From Ostreococcus lucimarinus (lineage: Eukaryota): 64,000 nucleotides of DNA. Positions 40,401 through 49,119 of the stretch are shown here, one piece after another. The stretch is from NCBI GenBank assembly GCA_000092065.1, contig CP000591.1; one strand, written 5' to 3'. How positions within the stretch are numbered: position 1 is the first letter of the stretch; each line of letters opens with the position of its first letter. Both the position numbers and the translations under genes were made by a program. The notes below the pieces were generated by a model that made no database searches, was not told the DNA's origin, and saw nothing but the letters and a program-made list of their open reading frames with translations.

Positions 40401-40792
40401 GTCGTCGTCGTCGTCGTCGCGTCTGGCTGTCGCGCCGCCAACCGCAGGCGCGTCATCAGCGTCAGCTCTTCGCTCGACCCCACGTCGCGCGTTCGCCCTC
40501 CCGCGAACGCCCCGCGCGCGAACGACGTATCCGCGGCGTCGTGCGCCGCGCCTTCGTCGTCGCCCGTCGCGTCGCGCCCCGTCGTCGTCGTCCCGTCGCG
40601 ATGCCGATGCGTCGGCGTCAACCTCTCCGGCGCGCTCCTCGCGAACGCCGCGTCCCAGAACGTCTTCGCGTCGCGCGGGCGCGCGTCGTCGTCGTCGAAC
40701 GCGACGTCATCGCGCGGCATCGCGTCGCGCGCGCGCGCGCCGTCGTCGCGCGCAGATCTCTGAAGAATTTGGATGACGGTAACCGTCGCCAT
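37412..40792 (-). CDS. Alpha-1,4-glucan (starch/glycogen) phosphorylase with an N-terminal extension of about 280 aa
   Basis: About 830 aa of GT35 phosphorylase homology (LSLEFLIGR, NGGLGRLA, pyridoxal-phosphate region MKFVMNGGLIVGTMDGANIEI, C-terminal TIREYA..IW). ATG at 40792. Confidence 0.9.
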   Translation of the reverse strand: MATVTVIQILQRSARDDGARARDAMPRDDVAFDDDDARPRDAKTFWDAAFARSAPERLTPTHRHRDGTTTTGRDATGDDEGAAHDAADTSFARGAFAGGRTRDVGSSEELTLMTRLRLAARQPDATTTTTTSARRKPGSSVASGQNTRVDAWLEQSLRANLAQENDSSTSSAYGGRMARSGAGSYARGDDETGMPVIVGVDRGGYQYQQHQNHHRGRPPVSLHSPRSSGASLLQHRRKDSLGQLDSFSVDMESDRADVTESSFLESATTILDRPRQYVDDAEMGVDHLAHKELLWKLSSTYLPNDVASLQRSLVRHVEYTLARRRYKLDTSSFYQATAHSVRDRLIERWTDTQQYSAKKGAKKVYYLSLEFLIGRSLGNAVSNLGLRGAYAEALRQIGYDLEDIMSEEKEPALGNGGLGRLASCFLDTLATQNYPAWGYGIRYKYGMFEQRIVNGKQVEFPDYWLTDGNPWEVERLDVQYPVRLFGHVREFQDPDGNTLYAWEGGEVVMAQAYDTPIPGYGTYNTNNMRLWSSKPSHEFNLASFNAGNYYGAVEAKERCESITSVLYPNDATEEGKRLRLKQQYFFVSATLQDIYRRFKKNVGRGSTTMKNMPDKVAIQLNDTHPAIAIPELMRLLLDIERLPWDEAWEITRKVFAYTNHTILPEALEKWPVPMITELLPRHMQIIYEINHRFLLEVQKMWPNDTARMSSMSIIEESSPKMVRMSNLAVIGSHTVNGVAMIHTKLLKSLLFPDFLLMWPEKFINVTNGVTPRRWLLQANPALASIYTGMVGPGWVNDLKRLEPIKTMAQDPQFRQRWRAAKQTNKQALAEWLYRSMNIRVDPNALFDMQIKRIHEYKRQLLNVLGIVHRYAEITQATPEQRKTMVPRVHIIAGKAAPGYVMAKNLVMLVCAVSEVVNSDAACRDLLKVVFVPNFNVSLAEILIPASDISQHISTAGMEASGTGNMKFVMNGGLIVGTMDGANIEIEQAIGEHNMFTFGAKADQVAAIRRKMAHDPPKIDPRLHRAMGMIRAGIFGKPDDGAYNQLLDAIDPRKDVYLTAHDFPSYLGAIAEADAAYQYEEKWTAKCIEAACSMWMFSSDRTIREYAAKIWNVEPLPFRPPRHHSER

Positions 40793-41366
40793 CTCGCGGC
40801 GCGATGTCGACGCGCGCGCCCGCGTTCGTCGCCGTCGTCGGCGCGGAGAGCGCGCCGGTGTTCGTCGCGTCGCTCGGCGCGCGCGAGGGCGCGAACGAAG
40901 CGTGCGTGACGCGCGCGAGCGCGGGATTTCGTCTCGACCGCGCGCGCGACGAGACGACGAGACGACGAGACGACGTCGACTGACGGCGAACTCGCGCGTT
41001 TCGTCGCGCAGCGCGCACGCGTCGCGCGCGCACGCCGCGCTGGACGCGATCGACGCGAAACTCGGCGCGATGACGACGGAGAGCGCGACGAGGTACTTGG
41101 GGGAGTGTCACCGCGCGCACGACGGCGTGTGCTACGGGTACGCGACGCGGTCGAGGGCGAGGATGGTGCTCGCGTACGAGGAAGACGCGAGCGAGGAGAC
41201 GGTGAGGAAGGATTTTGATTATTTAGCGACGGCGTACGCGGAGGCGGCGTGCGATGCGTTCGGGGAGATTGGGGGGAGGACGACGAGCGAGCGGTTTCGC
41301 GAGCGATGCGAAGCGTTGGGATCGGACGCGCGGCGGCGCGAGGAGGGGACGGGCGGTGGTGGGTGA
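40773..41366 (+). CDS. Possible small hypothetical protein (low confidence)
   Basis: 197-codon ORF with an R-rich N-terminus and a more complex C-terminal 80 aa (MTTESATRYLGECHRAHDGVCYGY...FDYLATAYAEAACDAFGEI...). It fills the 770-bp gap between the phosphorylase and LysRS genes. It could be a composition artefact. Confidence 0.25.
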   Translation: MTVTVAISRRDVDARARVRRRRRRGERAGVRRVARRARGRERSVRDARERGISSRPRARRDDETTRRRRLTANSRVSSRSAHASRAHAALDAIDAKLGAMTTESATRYLGECHRAHDGVCYGYATRSRARMVLAYEEDASEETVRKDFDYLATAYAEAACDAFGEIGGRTTSERFRERCEALGSDARRREEGTGGGG

Positions 41367-41567
41367 GCGTCGGCGCGACGCGCGTGGATTTCGCGTGATT
41401 TCGCGAATGGAGTGGTTTAGGAGTCAGCATGAAGACGGGGTTAGCGATTGTTTGACGCATGAGACCAGAGTTTAGTTTTGCGCAAGGGACGTTTTAGTGA
41501 GAAACCAAAGTTTAAAATGATTACATGTCGTAGCGCCGCTAAGAATATATATACTCTCGCGTATGAC

Positions 41568-43421
41568 TTACGAGTCTTGCTTCTTAAGAAGCGGGAACGC
41601 GATGACGTCGCGAATCGACGGCGAATTCGTGAGAAGCATGACGAGACGATCGACGCCGAGACCCATACCCGCGGTCGGGGGCATGCCGTACTCGAGCGCG
41701 GCGACGAAATCTTCATCCATTTCGACGTCGTACGCCTCGTCTTCGAGCGCTTTGAGTTCGTCTTTACCACTCGCCGCCGCCGCTTCGCGCTGCGCCGCGC
41801 TCGTTTTCGCGTGCGTCACCATCTGCGCCTCGAGGCGTTTACGTTGATCGATGGGATCGGTCAACTCGCTGAACGAGTTCGCGAGCTCGCGACCGACGAC
41901 GAAGAGCTCGAACCGTTCGGTGACTCCCGGTTTACTACGGTGCGGTTTCGCGAGAGGAGAAATCTCGAGCGGGTGGTCGAGAACGAACGTGGGCTGAATC
42001 AAATCGCTTTCGCACGCGGCTTCAAACATTTCGTTCAGCACGTGACCGACGCTCGCCGCCAACTTGACACCTTTGATGCCTTCCCCAGCTTTCTTAGAGT
42101 GCGCCTTGAGCGCGGGAATTGCCGCTGCCTTGGCTCCTTCCAAGTCATCCCCGAACGCCATGACGTCTACGCCCGTGGCTTCCTTGACTAGATCGTTCAT
42201 CGGCGCCCGGCGCCACGGGCGTTGGCTCAAATCAATCGTCACGTCGCCGTAAGGAATCGTCAGCGTCCCGCACGCCTTCATCGCGCATCGACAAATCATC
42301 TCTTCCGTGAGCTCCAACATGTCCGTGACGTCGGCGTACGCCTGATACACTTCTATGGACGTAAACTCCGGGTTGTGTCGCGTGCTCAAGCCTTCGTTGC
42401 GAAACACGCGTCCGAGCTCGTACACGCGTTCGAAACCGCCGACGACGAGTCGCTTGAGATGCAACTCGGTGGCGATACGAAGCGTGAGCTGCATGCCGAG
42501 CGCGTTGTGGAAGGTGTTGAAGGGCTTCGCGTCCGCGCCGCCCGCTTGCGTGTGCAGCACGGGCGTCTCCATCTCCAAAAACCCGTCGTCGTCGAGCATT
42601 CGACGAATGGTGGAGATGATGTTCGAGCGCGCCTTGAACGTGTTTCGCACCTCGGGCGACACGATCAAGTCCACGTATCGCTGCCGGTATCGCTTCTCCA
42701 CGTCCTGCAATCCGTGCCACTTATCCGGCAACGGCAGCAGCGCCTTTGTCAACATTTGCACCTTGGCCGGCACGATGGACAGCTCCCCCTTATCGCTCCT
42801 TTTCACGCTCCCGTGCACGCCGATGATGTCCCCGACGTCCACGAGTTCCGTGATCATCTCAAACGCCCCCGGGCTCGTCTCATCCAACCGTTTCTTATCG
42901 CAAAACAACTGCACGCTTCCCCGTTCGTCCACCAGCGACAAAAACGCCAACTTCCCGAACGACCGCTTCGCCATCACCCTTCCGCACACCGCCTCGCTCG
43001 AGCCCTCGATCTCGACCCCGTTCTCCAATCCTTCGTGTTCCCTCTGCAGCGCATCGCAATATTTCGTGCGATCGAACCGGTAATCGAATCCCCGCTGTCC
43101 GAGCGCGCCGAGCGCGTCCAGCTTTTGCGCGCGCAGCGCCTTGACCTCCTCGGGCGAGCTCGTCACCCCGCTCGCGTCTCGTCCGCCGCCCTCGCCGCGC
43201 TTTCGATTCCCCGCGCCGCCGTCGCGCTTTTTATTCGTTCCCGCGTCGCTCGCGCGCGCGCGCGTCCTCGTCGTCGCGCCTCGTCGTCGCGTCGTCGCCG
43301 CCGTCGCCGTCGCGCGCGCGCTCTCGCGCTCGCTCGCGCGCGTCGACGCCCGCGGGCGCGCCGCGAGCGACGCGCGCGGCGTCGAGACCGTCCTTCGCGC
43401 GAACGCGCGCGCGAGCAGCAT
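41568..43421 (-). CDS. KARS: Class II lysyl-tRNA synthetase with an N-terminal organellar-type presequence
   Basis: [10 protein letters not shown]...[23 protein letters not shown] and motif 3 [13 protein letters not shown]. An anticodon-binding OB fold is upstream. The R/A/S/T-rich N-terminal 90 aa resembles a transit peptide. Confidence 0.85.
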   Translation of the reverse strand: MLLARAFARRTVSTPRASLAARPRASTRASERESARATATAATTRRRGATTRTRARASDAGTNKKRDGGAGNRKRGEGGGRDASGVTSSPEEVKALRAQKLDALGALGQRGFDYRFDRTKYCDALQREHEGLENGVEIEGSSEAVCGRVMAKRSFGKLAFLSLVDERGSVQLFCDKKRLDETSPGAFEMITELVDVGDIIGVHGSVKRSDKGELSIVPAKVQMLTKALLPLPDKWHGLQDVEKRYRQRYVDLIVSPEVRNTFKARSNIISTIRRMLDDDGFLEMETPVLHTQAGGADAKPFNTFHNALGMQLTLRIATELHLKRLVVGGFERVYELGRVFRNEGLSTRHNPEFTSIEVYQAYADVTDMLELTEEMICRCAMKACGTLTIPYGDVTIDLSQRPWRRAPMNDLVKEATGVDVMAFGDDLEGAKAAAIPALKAHSKKAGEGIKGVKLAASVGHVLNEMFEAACESDLIQPTFVLDHPLEISPLAKPHRSKPGVTERFELFVVGRELANSFSELTDPIDQRKRLEAQMVTHAKTSAAQREAAAASGKDELKALEDEAYDVEMDEDFVAALEYGMPPTAGMGLGVDRLVMLLTNSPSIRDVIAFPLLKKQDS

Positions 43422-43551
43422 GCTCCGCGTCGCGCTCTGCGCGCGGCGCCGCGACGGATTCGCGCGCGCTCGACTCGAGGTTTTCGGTGCGACGAATCGT
43501 CACACCGCGACGCGCGCGCGTCGCGAAAGCGCGCGCGAATCCGTCGAAACG

Positions 43552-44199
43552 ATGGCGCTCGTCACGCTGTCGGTGTACGACATCAAGCACGCGGAGAACG
43601 CGCGGATATCGAGCGCGGTGACGTCGCTGAACACGCTGACGAGAAACGCGCTCAACGTCGGTGGCATCTTCCACGGCGGCGTCGAGGTGTTCGGCGACGA
43701 GTGGAGCTTTGGGTACTGCCCGGAGGGCTCGGGCGTGTATCGATGCAACCCGCGGATGAATCCGATGTACGAATACCGCGAGTCGGTGCCGCTGGGGGTG
43801 ACGTCGCTGTCGCCGGCGCGCGCGAGCGCGGCGGTGGCGGCGCTGCGCGCGCAATGGCGAGGGAGCGATTACGAGGTGCTGGAGAGGAATTGTAATCACT
43901 TTTGTGAGGCGCTGTGCGAGGCGCTCGGGTGCGAGGGACCGCCGGAGTGGCTGAACGCGTTCGCGAATAACGCGAACAAGGCGCGAGGGGCGTACCAGAG
44001 CGCGGTGAGCGGGGTGGAGAGCGCGTACGAGAGCGCGGTGAGCGGCGTCGCGGGCGCGTGGGCGTGGCTCGCGAGCGGCGGGGGGACGTCGGCGTCGAGT
44101 TACGCGAGCGCGTTGGAGAGCGAGGGCGAGCGCGAGGGCGGCGTGGTGGACGGGCCGCGCGCGGACGACGACGACGCGCGGCGCGGCGCGCGAGAGTAG
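43552..44199 (+). CDS. PPPDE/DeSI-family (DUF862) cysteine peptidase (deSUMOylating isopeptidase-like)
   Basis: HGGVEVFGDEWSFGY...GVYRC...NCNHFCEALCEALG shows the His and Cys catalytic dyad context. ATG at 43552. Confidence 0.75.
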   Translation: MALVTLSVYDIKHAENARISSAVTSLNTLTRNALNVGGIFHGGVEVFGDEWSFGYCPEGSGVYRCNPRMNPMYEYRESVPLGVTSLSPARASAAVAALRAQWRGSDYEVLERNCNHFCEALCEALGCEGPPEWLNAFANNANKARGAYQSAVSGVESAYESAVSGVAGAWAWLASGGGTSASSYASALESEGEREGGVVDGPRADDDDARRGARE

Positions 44200-44330
44200 C
44201 GCGTCGCGGTCGTCGTCGATGCGTTCGAGCGCGTTCGAGCGCGACGCGGATGAAACATCGCGGTGGATGTATTTCTTGGTCGTCTCTTTCGCTCGCGCGT
44301 CGTCGGCAGTAGTCAGGGTTGAAGCGCTGT

Positions 44331-44345
44331 TATAGATAGATTTGG
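44331..44345 (+). promoter_or_regulatory. Tandem GATA motif (TATAGATAGATTTGG) about 35 bp upstream of the LHC start codon
   Basis: GATA/I-box-like elements are typical of light-regulated LHC promoters. This is a sequence observation only. Confidence 0.25.
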
Positions 44346-44378
44346 TAGTTCGGCGTCCCGCACAACGCGCCTCGCGTC

Positions 44379-45476
44379 ATGCTTTCGCGCGGTCTCGTCT
44401 CGACGTCTCGAGCGTCTGTCGCCCGCGCGCGCGCGCCTGCGAGACAACAGCGCGCGACGACGTCGCGCCGCGCGTCGATCGTCCGTCGAACCGCCGCGCG
44501 CGCGACGAACGACGACGATAAAGCGTCGTCTTCTCAAGATGTCCCGGACGACGAACCGACGCCCGCGGTCGGCGACACGGACGTCAACAGCGCGCTAGGC
44601 GACGTCATCAGCTCGCCGTTGTTTTACGTCACGTTCGGCGTCGCCGGCGGCGTCGGACTGGTGCGCGCGCTCGGGGAGAACGCGAGCTTTCTGCTGAGCG
44701 CGGCGCCGGTGGTCTTGCTCACGGTGATTTCGAAGACGTCGTTCGGCGAGTCGCTGATGAAGAATATCGACGACCAACGACCGGCGTTGGTGGCGGAGAA
44801 GGCGCGAAGGGAAAACGAACGCGCGCGAGCGCGGGAGAGAAGTTCGCTGTACGGCGCGCGGCGAGTGAAATTTTTGGGAGACGCGGAGTACGAGTATCCG
44901 GCGCACTTGGACGGCTCGCTGTGCGGCGACGCGGGATTCGATCCGCTCGGGCTCGGGAAAGATGATTTGCCGCGCATGCGCGAATTAGAACTCTTGCACG
45001 CGCGTTGGGCGATGTTGGGAATCGTTGGTGTGGCGGTGCCAGAGCTTTTAGAGCGCTACGGCGTGGCAGATTTGGGCGAGCCGGTGTGGTGGAAAGTCGG
45101 CGCGGCGAAGATGAATAGCGACGTCTCGCTCGATTACTTTGGCTTGCAAGGTTTTCATATCGCCGGCGGATCGGGGATAGCCATCATCGCGGCGTGCCAG
45201 GTTGTGTTGATGGGCGGTCCAGAGTACGCGCGGTACGTCGGGATCGACTCGCTCGAGCCGGTGGGCGTTTACCTCCCGGGCGACAAAGATTATCCTGGCG
45301 GCGCGCCGTTTGATCCGTTCAAGATTTCCGACGACGCCGACGAGTTCGAAAAACAAAAGGTCATGGAGATTAAGCACGGACGCTTAGCCATGATCGCCAT
45401 GCTCGGAGTCGCCGCGCAAGCATTCGTCACGCGCGCGGGGCCGATCGAAAACTTAGCGAGTGTGTTTAGCGGTTGA
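44379..45476 (+). CDS. Light-harvesting complex (chlorophyll a/b-binding, LHC superfamily) protein with a 130-aa N-terminal extension
   Basis: LHC helix motifs ELELLHARWAMLGIVG and EIKHGRLAMIAMLGVAAQAFV. GFDPLGL. ATG at 44379. Confidence 0.85.
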   Translation: MLSRGLVSTSRASVARARAPARQQRATTSRRASIVRRTAARATNDDDKASSSQDVPDDEPTPAVGDTDVNSALGDVISSPLFYVTFGVAGGVGLVRALGENASFLLSAAPVVLLTVISKTSFGESLMKNIDDQRPALVAEKARRENERARARERSSLYGARRVKFLGDAEYEYPAHLDGSLCGDAGFDPLGLGKDDLPRMRELELLHARWAMLGIVGVAVPELLERYGVADLGEPVWWKVGAAKMNSDVSLDYFGLQGFHIAGGSGIAIIAACQVVLMGGPEYARYVGIDSLEPVGVYLPGDKDYPGGAPFDPFKISDDADEFEKQKVMEIKHGRLAMIAMLGVAAQAFVTRAGPIENLASVFSG

Positions 45477-45517
45477 AAATTGATTCTTGATTAAAAAGAC
45501 GAGAACGCGCGTTTCGG

Positions 45518-47146
45518 TTACACGCTCTCGACACCGAACGGCTCGTTCGCATCCGGTGCGGGGGGCTCATCGAACGCCGGCACCTCGGGCATCGCTTCGG
45601 GCGCCGGTATTTCTTCATCGGGCTCGTCCGCCTTGACTTTGACGTCCTCGTAACCCAAGTCAATCTTGCTGAACATGCCTCCGAAAATCTTCGCGTCCTT
45701 CTTCGCCTGATGCGCCTCGAGCGCTTTCAAGCGCGTCAACATTCGCGTGGCCTCGGCGTGCGATTCATCTGCTTCCAATATTTTCTTCAACGAACGACGT
45801 GATTCGTCGTACTCTTGTAACTCCATCGCCGCTTGCGCGAAGCGATAGAGCGCTTTTTCGTTCGACCCTTCAATCGCGAGCGCCTTTTCGCTTGACTTGC
45901 GAGCGCTCATCCACGACTTGGTTTTGATGGCCACCGCCGCGGAGTTCAAATTCAAGCTGAGCTTGAGCTTCTTGCTCGCTTGCTTCTCCTCATCAGAGAA
46001 CGACTCGTCCATTTCGACGAACTTCAACGCCGCGTCGTACTTCTTCGTAGCGCGCGCAAACTTACCACCCTTGTACGCGTCGTTCCCGCTCGTCTTGTAT
46101 TTTTCCGCCGCCTCAATCTTTTCCGCGTTGTTCATCGACCATTGCTCCTTGGCGCGCTCGAGTTTGGTCATTTTGACCGTGTACTCGGTCCCATCCGCCA
46201 GCTTCACCAGCGCCTTTTCGTTCAGCTTCATCATCGCGATCGCGCTCTCGAGCTCATCCGGGACGTGCTCGTCGCCGACGACGATTTCGTGCGCCGGCTT
46301 GGTCTCCGTCGTCGCGCCGCCGACGCGCTTTTCGTACTCAATCTCGCACTTCGCCCCATCGTTCGGCGTCTCGTACCCTTCACCTTCCTCCAAAATCTTT
46401 TTCGTCGCCCCCTCGACGCCGTTCACGGCGACCACCGCGTGAATCGCGTCGAGCATCAACTCCACCACCGCGCCGTCCTTCGCCGTCGTCAACCCCTCGG
46501 CGTACGCTTCGCTCAGCGTCACCCGCGCCGTCTCCCCCCGCTTCATCTTCAGCAGCGCCGCGCGCACGCCCTCGCACGGCGCGTCTCCATTCGCCGCCAA
46601 CGAAAACGTCCGCGTCGTCTTCGCCACGAGCGTCTCGTCTCCCGTCCTCGTCTTCGCCTCCATCGTCGCCGTCGCCTCGTCCTCCGCGCTCGGGCTCGCG
46701 TATCCCTCGCCCTCTCTCACCGTCTCCTTCATCACCCCCCCATCGCCGCACAGATCCCTGTGCGACTTGAACGACAGCAATTCCACGTCAAATATCAGCG
46801 TCGCGCCGCCGGGAATCTTCGGCGGCGCCCCTCGATCGCCGTACGCGTACTCCGGCGCGCACGTCAGCGTCGCCCGTTCGCCGACGCGCATCGTCGCCAC
46901 GCCGACGTCCCACGCGTCGATCACCTCGTGTTTTCCCAGCGTGAACGTGAACGCCTCGTCGCGCTCGCGCGAGGAATCGAACGTCTCGCCCGTCGCGAGC
47001 GAGCCGACGTAGTGCACGGTGACGGCGTCGCCCTTTTCGGGCGCGCGCGCGTCGGGCGGCGCGGGCGTCGCGATGCGTTTCGTGACGCCGCCGTCGCCGA
47101 CGGGCGAGACGTCGACGGCGTCGACGGCGTCGTCGGCGGTCGTCAT
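45518..47146 (-). CDS. Large FKBP-type peptidyl-prolyl isomerase with three FKBP domains and a TPR domain (FKBP62/ROF1-like)
   Basis: Three FKBP repeats (GDAVTVHYVGSL..GETFDSS, ..MRVGERATLTCAPEYAYGDRGAPPKIPGGATLIFDVELL..). TPR repeats (AAEKYKTSGNDAYKGGKFARATKKYDAALKF...). A charged C-terminal tail. Confidence 0.85.
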   Translation of the reverse strand: MTTADDAVDAVDVSPVGDGGVTKRIATPAPPDARAPEKGDAVTVHYVGSLATGETFDSSRERDEAFTFTLGKHEVIDAWDVGVATMRVGERATLTCAPEYAYGDRGAPPKIPGGATLIFDVELLSFKSHRDLCGDGGVMKETVREGEGYASPSAEDEATATMEAKTRTGDETLVAKTTRTFSLAANGDAPCEGVRAALLKMKRGETARVTLSEAYAEGLTTAKDGAVVELMLDAIHAVVAVNGVEGATKKILEEGEGYETPNDGAKCEIEYEKRVGGATTETKPAHEIVVGDEHVPDELESAIAMMKLNEKALVKLADGTEYTVKMTKLERAKEQWSMNNAEKIEAAEKYKTSGNDAYKGGKFARATKKYDAALKFVEMDESFSDEEKQASKKLKLSLNLNSAAVAIKTKSWMSARKSSEKALAIEGSNEKALYRFAQAAMELQEYDESRRSLKKILEADESHAEATRMLTRLKALEAHQAKKDAKIFGGMFSKIDLGYEDVKVKADEPDEEIPAPEAMPEVPAFDEPPAPDANEPFGVESV

Positions 47147-47243
47147 GTCGCGCGGCGTCGCGCGTTCGATCGAGTCGCGGGCGCGGGCGGGCGCGATCGC
47201 GCGTCGCGGTGTGCGGGGACGCGCGTCGGTCGATGTGATTAAT

Positions 47244-47275
47244 CTTCTAGAAACATCCGCCGCGTCGGCGCGGCG
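47244..47275. promoter_or_regulatory. Heat-shock-element-like inverted GAA repeat (TTCTAGAA) followed by a perfect 8-bp-stem hairpin (CCGCCGCG-TCGG-CGCGGCGG), about 100-130 bp upstream of the FKBP gene
   Basis: gattaatcTTCTAGAAacatCCGCCGCGtcggCGCGGCGGattaatt lies between the FKBP start codon (47146) and the upstream gene's stop (47278). Confidence 0.35.
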
Positions 47276-47277
47276 GA

Positions 47278-49095
47278 TTAATTCGGGTCGTCGTCGTCGG
47301 CGGAGGGCGGTGATTCGGCGCGCGCGAGCTCGATGGCGTCCATGTCTTCGCTGACTCGGCGCAGGGCGGCGCGCATGCGCTCGGCGTAGGAGACGCCGGA
47401 ATCGTCGTCGGCGGCGTCGTCGTCGGCGGCGTCGTCGGCGGCGAAATCGTTCACGGCGAGCAAGACCTCGTCCACGGCGGTGGATTCGTCGATGTCTTTC
47501 ACGCGCTTGACCTTTCGAACGACGTCTTGGAATAAGACGTTGACGTCGCGCGATATCGATGGGTCGCGCCGCATGGCGTCGACGACGTCGCGACCCATGC
47601 GTCGCTTTTTCCTCGCCAACATGTTTTTAAACGCGGCGGCTTGCGCCCTGCGAACGGTGTCCGGATCGGGCGGGCCGGCGCCGCGCGCGGGCGCGGCGTC
47701 GCCGAGCGCGCGCTCGATGAAACGCGTCATCGTGTTCCGTTGATGGATGATGTACATGGCGTCCGCGACGTAGCCGCCGACGATCGGGGCGAACACGCCT
47801 CCGGTGACGACGAAGGCGAGCGATTGCGAGACGAAGAGCAATCGACTGCGGCTGCCGTCCAAAAAATCTTTCACGCTCTTTCCGCGCAGGATGTTTTCGA
47901 ACGCGCGCGTCTCCGCGACGTTCGGCGCTTCGTTTGCGGACAGCGGCGACGACGACTCGTCGTCCGCGGCGGCGTCGGGCTTCTTCTCCCAAAACTTGAG
48001 CGACGGTTTCTTCGTCTTTTCGGCGCTCGCCTTGATGTCGTCCTCGCTCACCGGCACCAACTTTTGTTTGCCCGTCACCTTGTTCCGCTCCACTCTGAAC
48101 GCCTGCACGCGCGTTTGTCTCTGCACGCGTCGCAAACGCGCCTCGAGGACGAGGTACACGCCGAACGCCGCCGCCGCCTTGGCCGGGGCGTCGACTTCGT
48201 ACGGCTCGAACCCCGCCTCGACGGCGCGGTCGGCGAGCCACTTGGCGAGCAAACCCAAAACCACTCCGCGCTCGAGCATCTCGTCCGCGACTCGCGCGGT
48301 GAGCGCGACGGACGCGTCCATCCAAAACGGCATGCTTCTGCACGGATTATTCAGCGTCTCCTCTTCCTGATACCTCGACAGCGGCTCAAAGTACCGCTCG
48401 AGCGCCGACGCCTCGCGAACCTCCCCCGACGCCTCCTCGCGCGCCTCGTTCGTCGCCTCCGCGCGCGCGGTCCAATCGACCCCCATCACCAACGCGTCGT
48501 AAATCGCCGTCGGCGCCGCGAACGCCAATCCGATCGACGCCGCGCGCGCGAAATCCATCGCCTCGCCCCCCGTCCCGGCGCCGAAATCGCCAAACGCGCT
48601 CGCGCCCGCGGCGTACGCCAAGCACACCGCCAGCGTCCCTTTCACCCCTCCCACGGCCACCAACAGCGACAGATACTCTCGCATCATCGCCTTCTCCGGC
48701 GTTTCCGACGACGACGCGTCCGCGCCGTCGGCATCCGATTCGCGCGGCGTCTCGCCGCGTCCCGACGCCGCCGTCGAATCCCCGCGCGCGCGCGTCGTCG
48801 ACCTTCGCGCCGCCGACGCCCGGTCCATCGCCTCGGTCGCGCCCGCGCTCGACGCGCGCGCGTCCTCGTCGCCCTCCGTCGCGTCGTCGTCGTCCAGCGA
48901 CTCGCCGAGGACGCTGCGCAGCGCGTCGAACGTCCCGCTCGGCGACGCCGACGCGAGCGACTCGTCCTCGTCGTCCTCGCGCGTCGCGCGCGCGCGCCGG
49001 TTCGCGACGCCGCGCGCGCGGCGCGCTCGACGCCGGCGCGCGCTCGGGCGTCGCGCGAGCGCGCGCGCGGGCGCGCGCGTCGCGCGCGGCGCCAT
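47278..49095 (-). CDS. Hypothetical membrane protein with an R/A-rich presequence (organelle-targeted?)
   Basis: ATG at 49095 (MAPRATRAPARALARR...). Hydrophobic segments (EYLSLLVAVGGVKGTLAVCLAYAAGASAF..., LLFVSQSLAFVVTGGVFAPIVGGYV). The far upstream part of ORF 47278-50004 is antisense to the SH3BP5-like gene and was discarded. Confidence 0.55.
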   Translation of the reverse strand: MAPRATRAPARALARRPSARRRRARRARGVANRRARATREDDEDESLASASPSGTFDALRSVLGESLDDDDATEGDEDARASSAGATEAMDRASAARRSTTRARGDSTAASGRGETPRESDADGADASSSETPEKAMMREYLSLLVAVGGVKGTLAVCLAYAAGASAFGDFGAGTGGEAMDFARAASIGLAFAAPTAIYDALVMGVDWTARAEATNEAREEASGEVREASALERYFEPLSRYQEEETLNNPCRSMPFWMDASVALTARVADEMLERGVVLGLLAKWLADRAVEAGFEPYEVDAPAKAAAAFGVYLVLEARLRRVQRQTRVQAFRVERNKVTGKQKLVPVSEDDIKASAEKTKKPSLKFWEKKPDAAADDESSSPLSANEAPNVAETRAFENILRGKSVKDFLDGSRSRLLFVSQSLAFVVTGGVFAPIVGGYVADAMYIIHQRNTMTRFIERALGDAAPARGAGPPDPDTVRRAQAAAFKNMLARKKRRMGRDVVDAMRRDPSISRDVNVLFQDVVRKVKRVKDIDESTAVDEVLLAVNDFAADDAADDDAADDDSGVSYAERMRAALRRVSEDMDAIELARAESPPSADDDDPN

Positions 49096-49119
49096 GATGT
49101 GACACCGCGACGCGGCAGC

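Noticed and set aside
47641-49119. Upstream two-thirds of ORF 47641-50328, and likewise the upstream parts of ORFs 35502-37364, 58671-60023, 43141-44199 and 47278-50004.
   Set aside because: The ORF track extends to the first upstream stop and uses non-ATG starts. The extended parts are antisense to neighbouring genes and low-complexity. Real starts were placed at the first ATG preceding the conserved domains.
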